This document shows, in pieces, positions 11,867 to 12,967 of a DNA stretch of 12,967 nucleotides. The stretch covers positions 1-12,967 of the forward strand of contig JBDRIL010000006.1 of assembly GCA_043815885.1 (NCBI GenBank). The letters are read 5' to 3'. The DNA is from an archaeon (GTDB lineage: Archaea > Iainarchaeota > Iainarchaeia > Iainarchaeales > 1-14-0-10-31-34). The notes under the pieces are model-generated. The model had not been told where the DNA came from, made no database searches, and saw nothing but the letters and a program-made list of their open reading frames with translations. Position numbers and translations under genes: made by a program. The first letter of the stretch is position 1. Each line of letters opens with the position of its first letter.

Positions 11867-12967
11867 TTGAATTTTAGTGAACTGAATATAAATGACGATA
11901 TAAAGAAGGCTTTGCAGAGAAAAGGTTTTTCAGAGGCTTCTGAGATACAGGAAAAAGTGATTCCTGAAGCCCTTTCAGGAAAAGATATTGTTGGAAAATC
12001 AAGGACAGGCACAGGCAAGACAGCTGCTTTTGCTATTCCAATAATTGAAAAAACAGTCCCAGGACAGGGATTTTCCACTCTCGTTGTTGTTCCAACAAGA
12101 GAGCTTGCAAGACAGGTTAAGGAAGAAATCGCTTCCATTGCAATCAACAGCAATATTAAAACAATAGCTGTTTTCGGCGGCCAGAACATCCGTATGCAGA
12201 TTGATTTGCTTAGAAGGAAACCAGAAATAATTGTTGGTACTCCTGGAAGGCTGCTTGACTTTATTTCAAGGAGGGTTATTGGCTTGGAAAAAGTAAGGTT
12301 CTTGGTTCTGGATGAAGCCGATAAAATGTTTGACATGGGTTTCAGGGAAGACGTGGAAAAAATAATTTCTTTTATTCCAAGAGAAAGGCAGACAATGCTT
12401 TTTTCAGCAACCATGCCGGCAGAAATTCTTTCCCTTATTGAAAGGTACATGAATCCAGATAAACTTGTTTTTGATTTAAGCGAAGACAATGCGCCGGTAC
12501 ATGAAGTGGATCAATTCTATGTAATGGTTGACAAAAGACAGAAGATTGATGCACTTCAAAGGGTTATTGACAACAGTGATTCAAAGATACTTGTTTTCTG
12601 CAGGACAAAGAGAACTGTTGACTGGCTTGAAATGCAGCTTTCAAGAAGAAGAATAAGTGCAGTTGCAATTCATGGAGACAAGCCCCAGAGCGCAAGAAAC
12701 AGGATAATCGAGAATTTCAAGAGTTCAAGAGAAGGAGTGCTTATTGCAACGGATATTGTTGCAAGAGGAATTCATGTTGACGACATTGACTATGTAATAA
12801 ATTTTGATTTCCCGCAGGAAGCAGAAACATACATTCACAGGATTGGCAGGACAGCAAGACAGGGAAGAAAGGGAACAGCAATCAGCTTTTGCTCCAATTT
12901 GCTTGAATTAAACTCTATTGAGAGAGTTGTCGCCAGAAACAACACAGTAATACAGCAACTTCAATAA
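11867..12967 (+). CDS. deaD: DEAD-box ATP-dependent RNA helicase (core only, 366 aa)
   Basis: Q motif GF...SEIQ, RTGTGKT, PTRELA, TPGR, DEAD, SAT, LVFC, ARGI, HRIGRTAR; TTG start with AGGAG SD at 11854-11858; TAA at 12965-12967. Confidence 0.96.
   Translation: MNFSELNINDDIKKALQRKGFSEASEIQEKVIPEALSGKDIVGKSRTGTGKTAAFAIPIIEKTVPGQGFSTLVVVPTRELARQVKEEIASIAINSNIKTIAVFGGQNIRMQIDLLRRKPEIIVGTPGRLLDFISRRVIGLEKVRFLVLDEADKMFDMGFREDVEKIISFIPRERQTMLFSATMPAEILSLIERYMNPDKLVFDLSEDNAPVHEVDQFYVMVDKRQKIDALQRVIDNSDSKILVFCRTKRTVDWLEMQLSRRRISAVAIHGDKPQSARNRIIENFKSSREGVLIATDIVARGIHVDDIDYVINFDFPQEAETYIHRIGRTARQGRKGTAISFCSNLLELNSIERVVARNNTVIQQLQ

Noticed and set aside
11863..12489. 208-aa antisense ORF
   Set aside because: Typical antisense shadow of a DEAD-box helicase gene.

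Overview
AT-rich archaeal chromosomal window. Alba, Sec61beta, deoxyhypusine synthase, a DUF2683 antitoxin and TATA/BRE promoters with many leaderless starts show it is archaeal; a DPANN (possibly Diapherotrites/Iainarchaeota) origin is inference only. Left to right: a 5'-truncated membrane protein; an overlap-coupled operon of malic enzyme, two-subunit class I fumarase and deoxyhypusine synthase (the last split by a +1 frameshift); two paralogous small membrane proteins; a DUF2683-RelE toxin-antitoxin module; a SERCA-like Ca2+ P-type ATPase; Sec61beta (missed by the ORF track); two paralogous membrane-anchored proteins with a GATase-like fold; a 2[4Fe-4S] ferredoxin; Alba; a 54-aa two-helix membrane protein (also missed); a frameshifted basic orphan; a ~400-bp intergenic region; and a core-only DEAD-box helicase. 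Most notable: (1) the TA module is bounded by a 13-bp direct repeat that duplicates the ATPase 3' end, leaving a displaced VVGKIK* tail, i.e. a 588-bp integrase-less cassette; (2) a candidate ~225-nt structured ncRNA with competing helices transcribed divergently from deaD off back-to-back TATA boxes; (3) two +1 frameshifts at or near homopolymer runs, which are either sequencing errors or recoding/phase variation.
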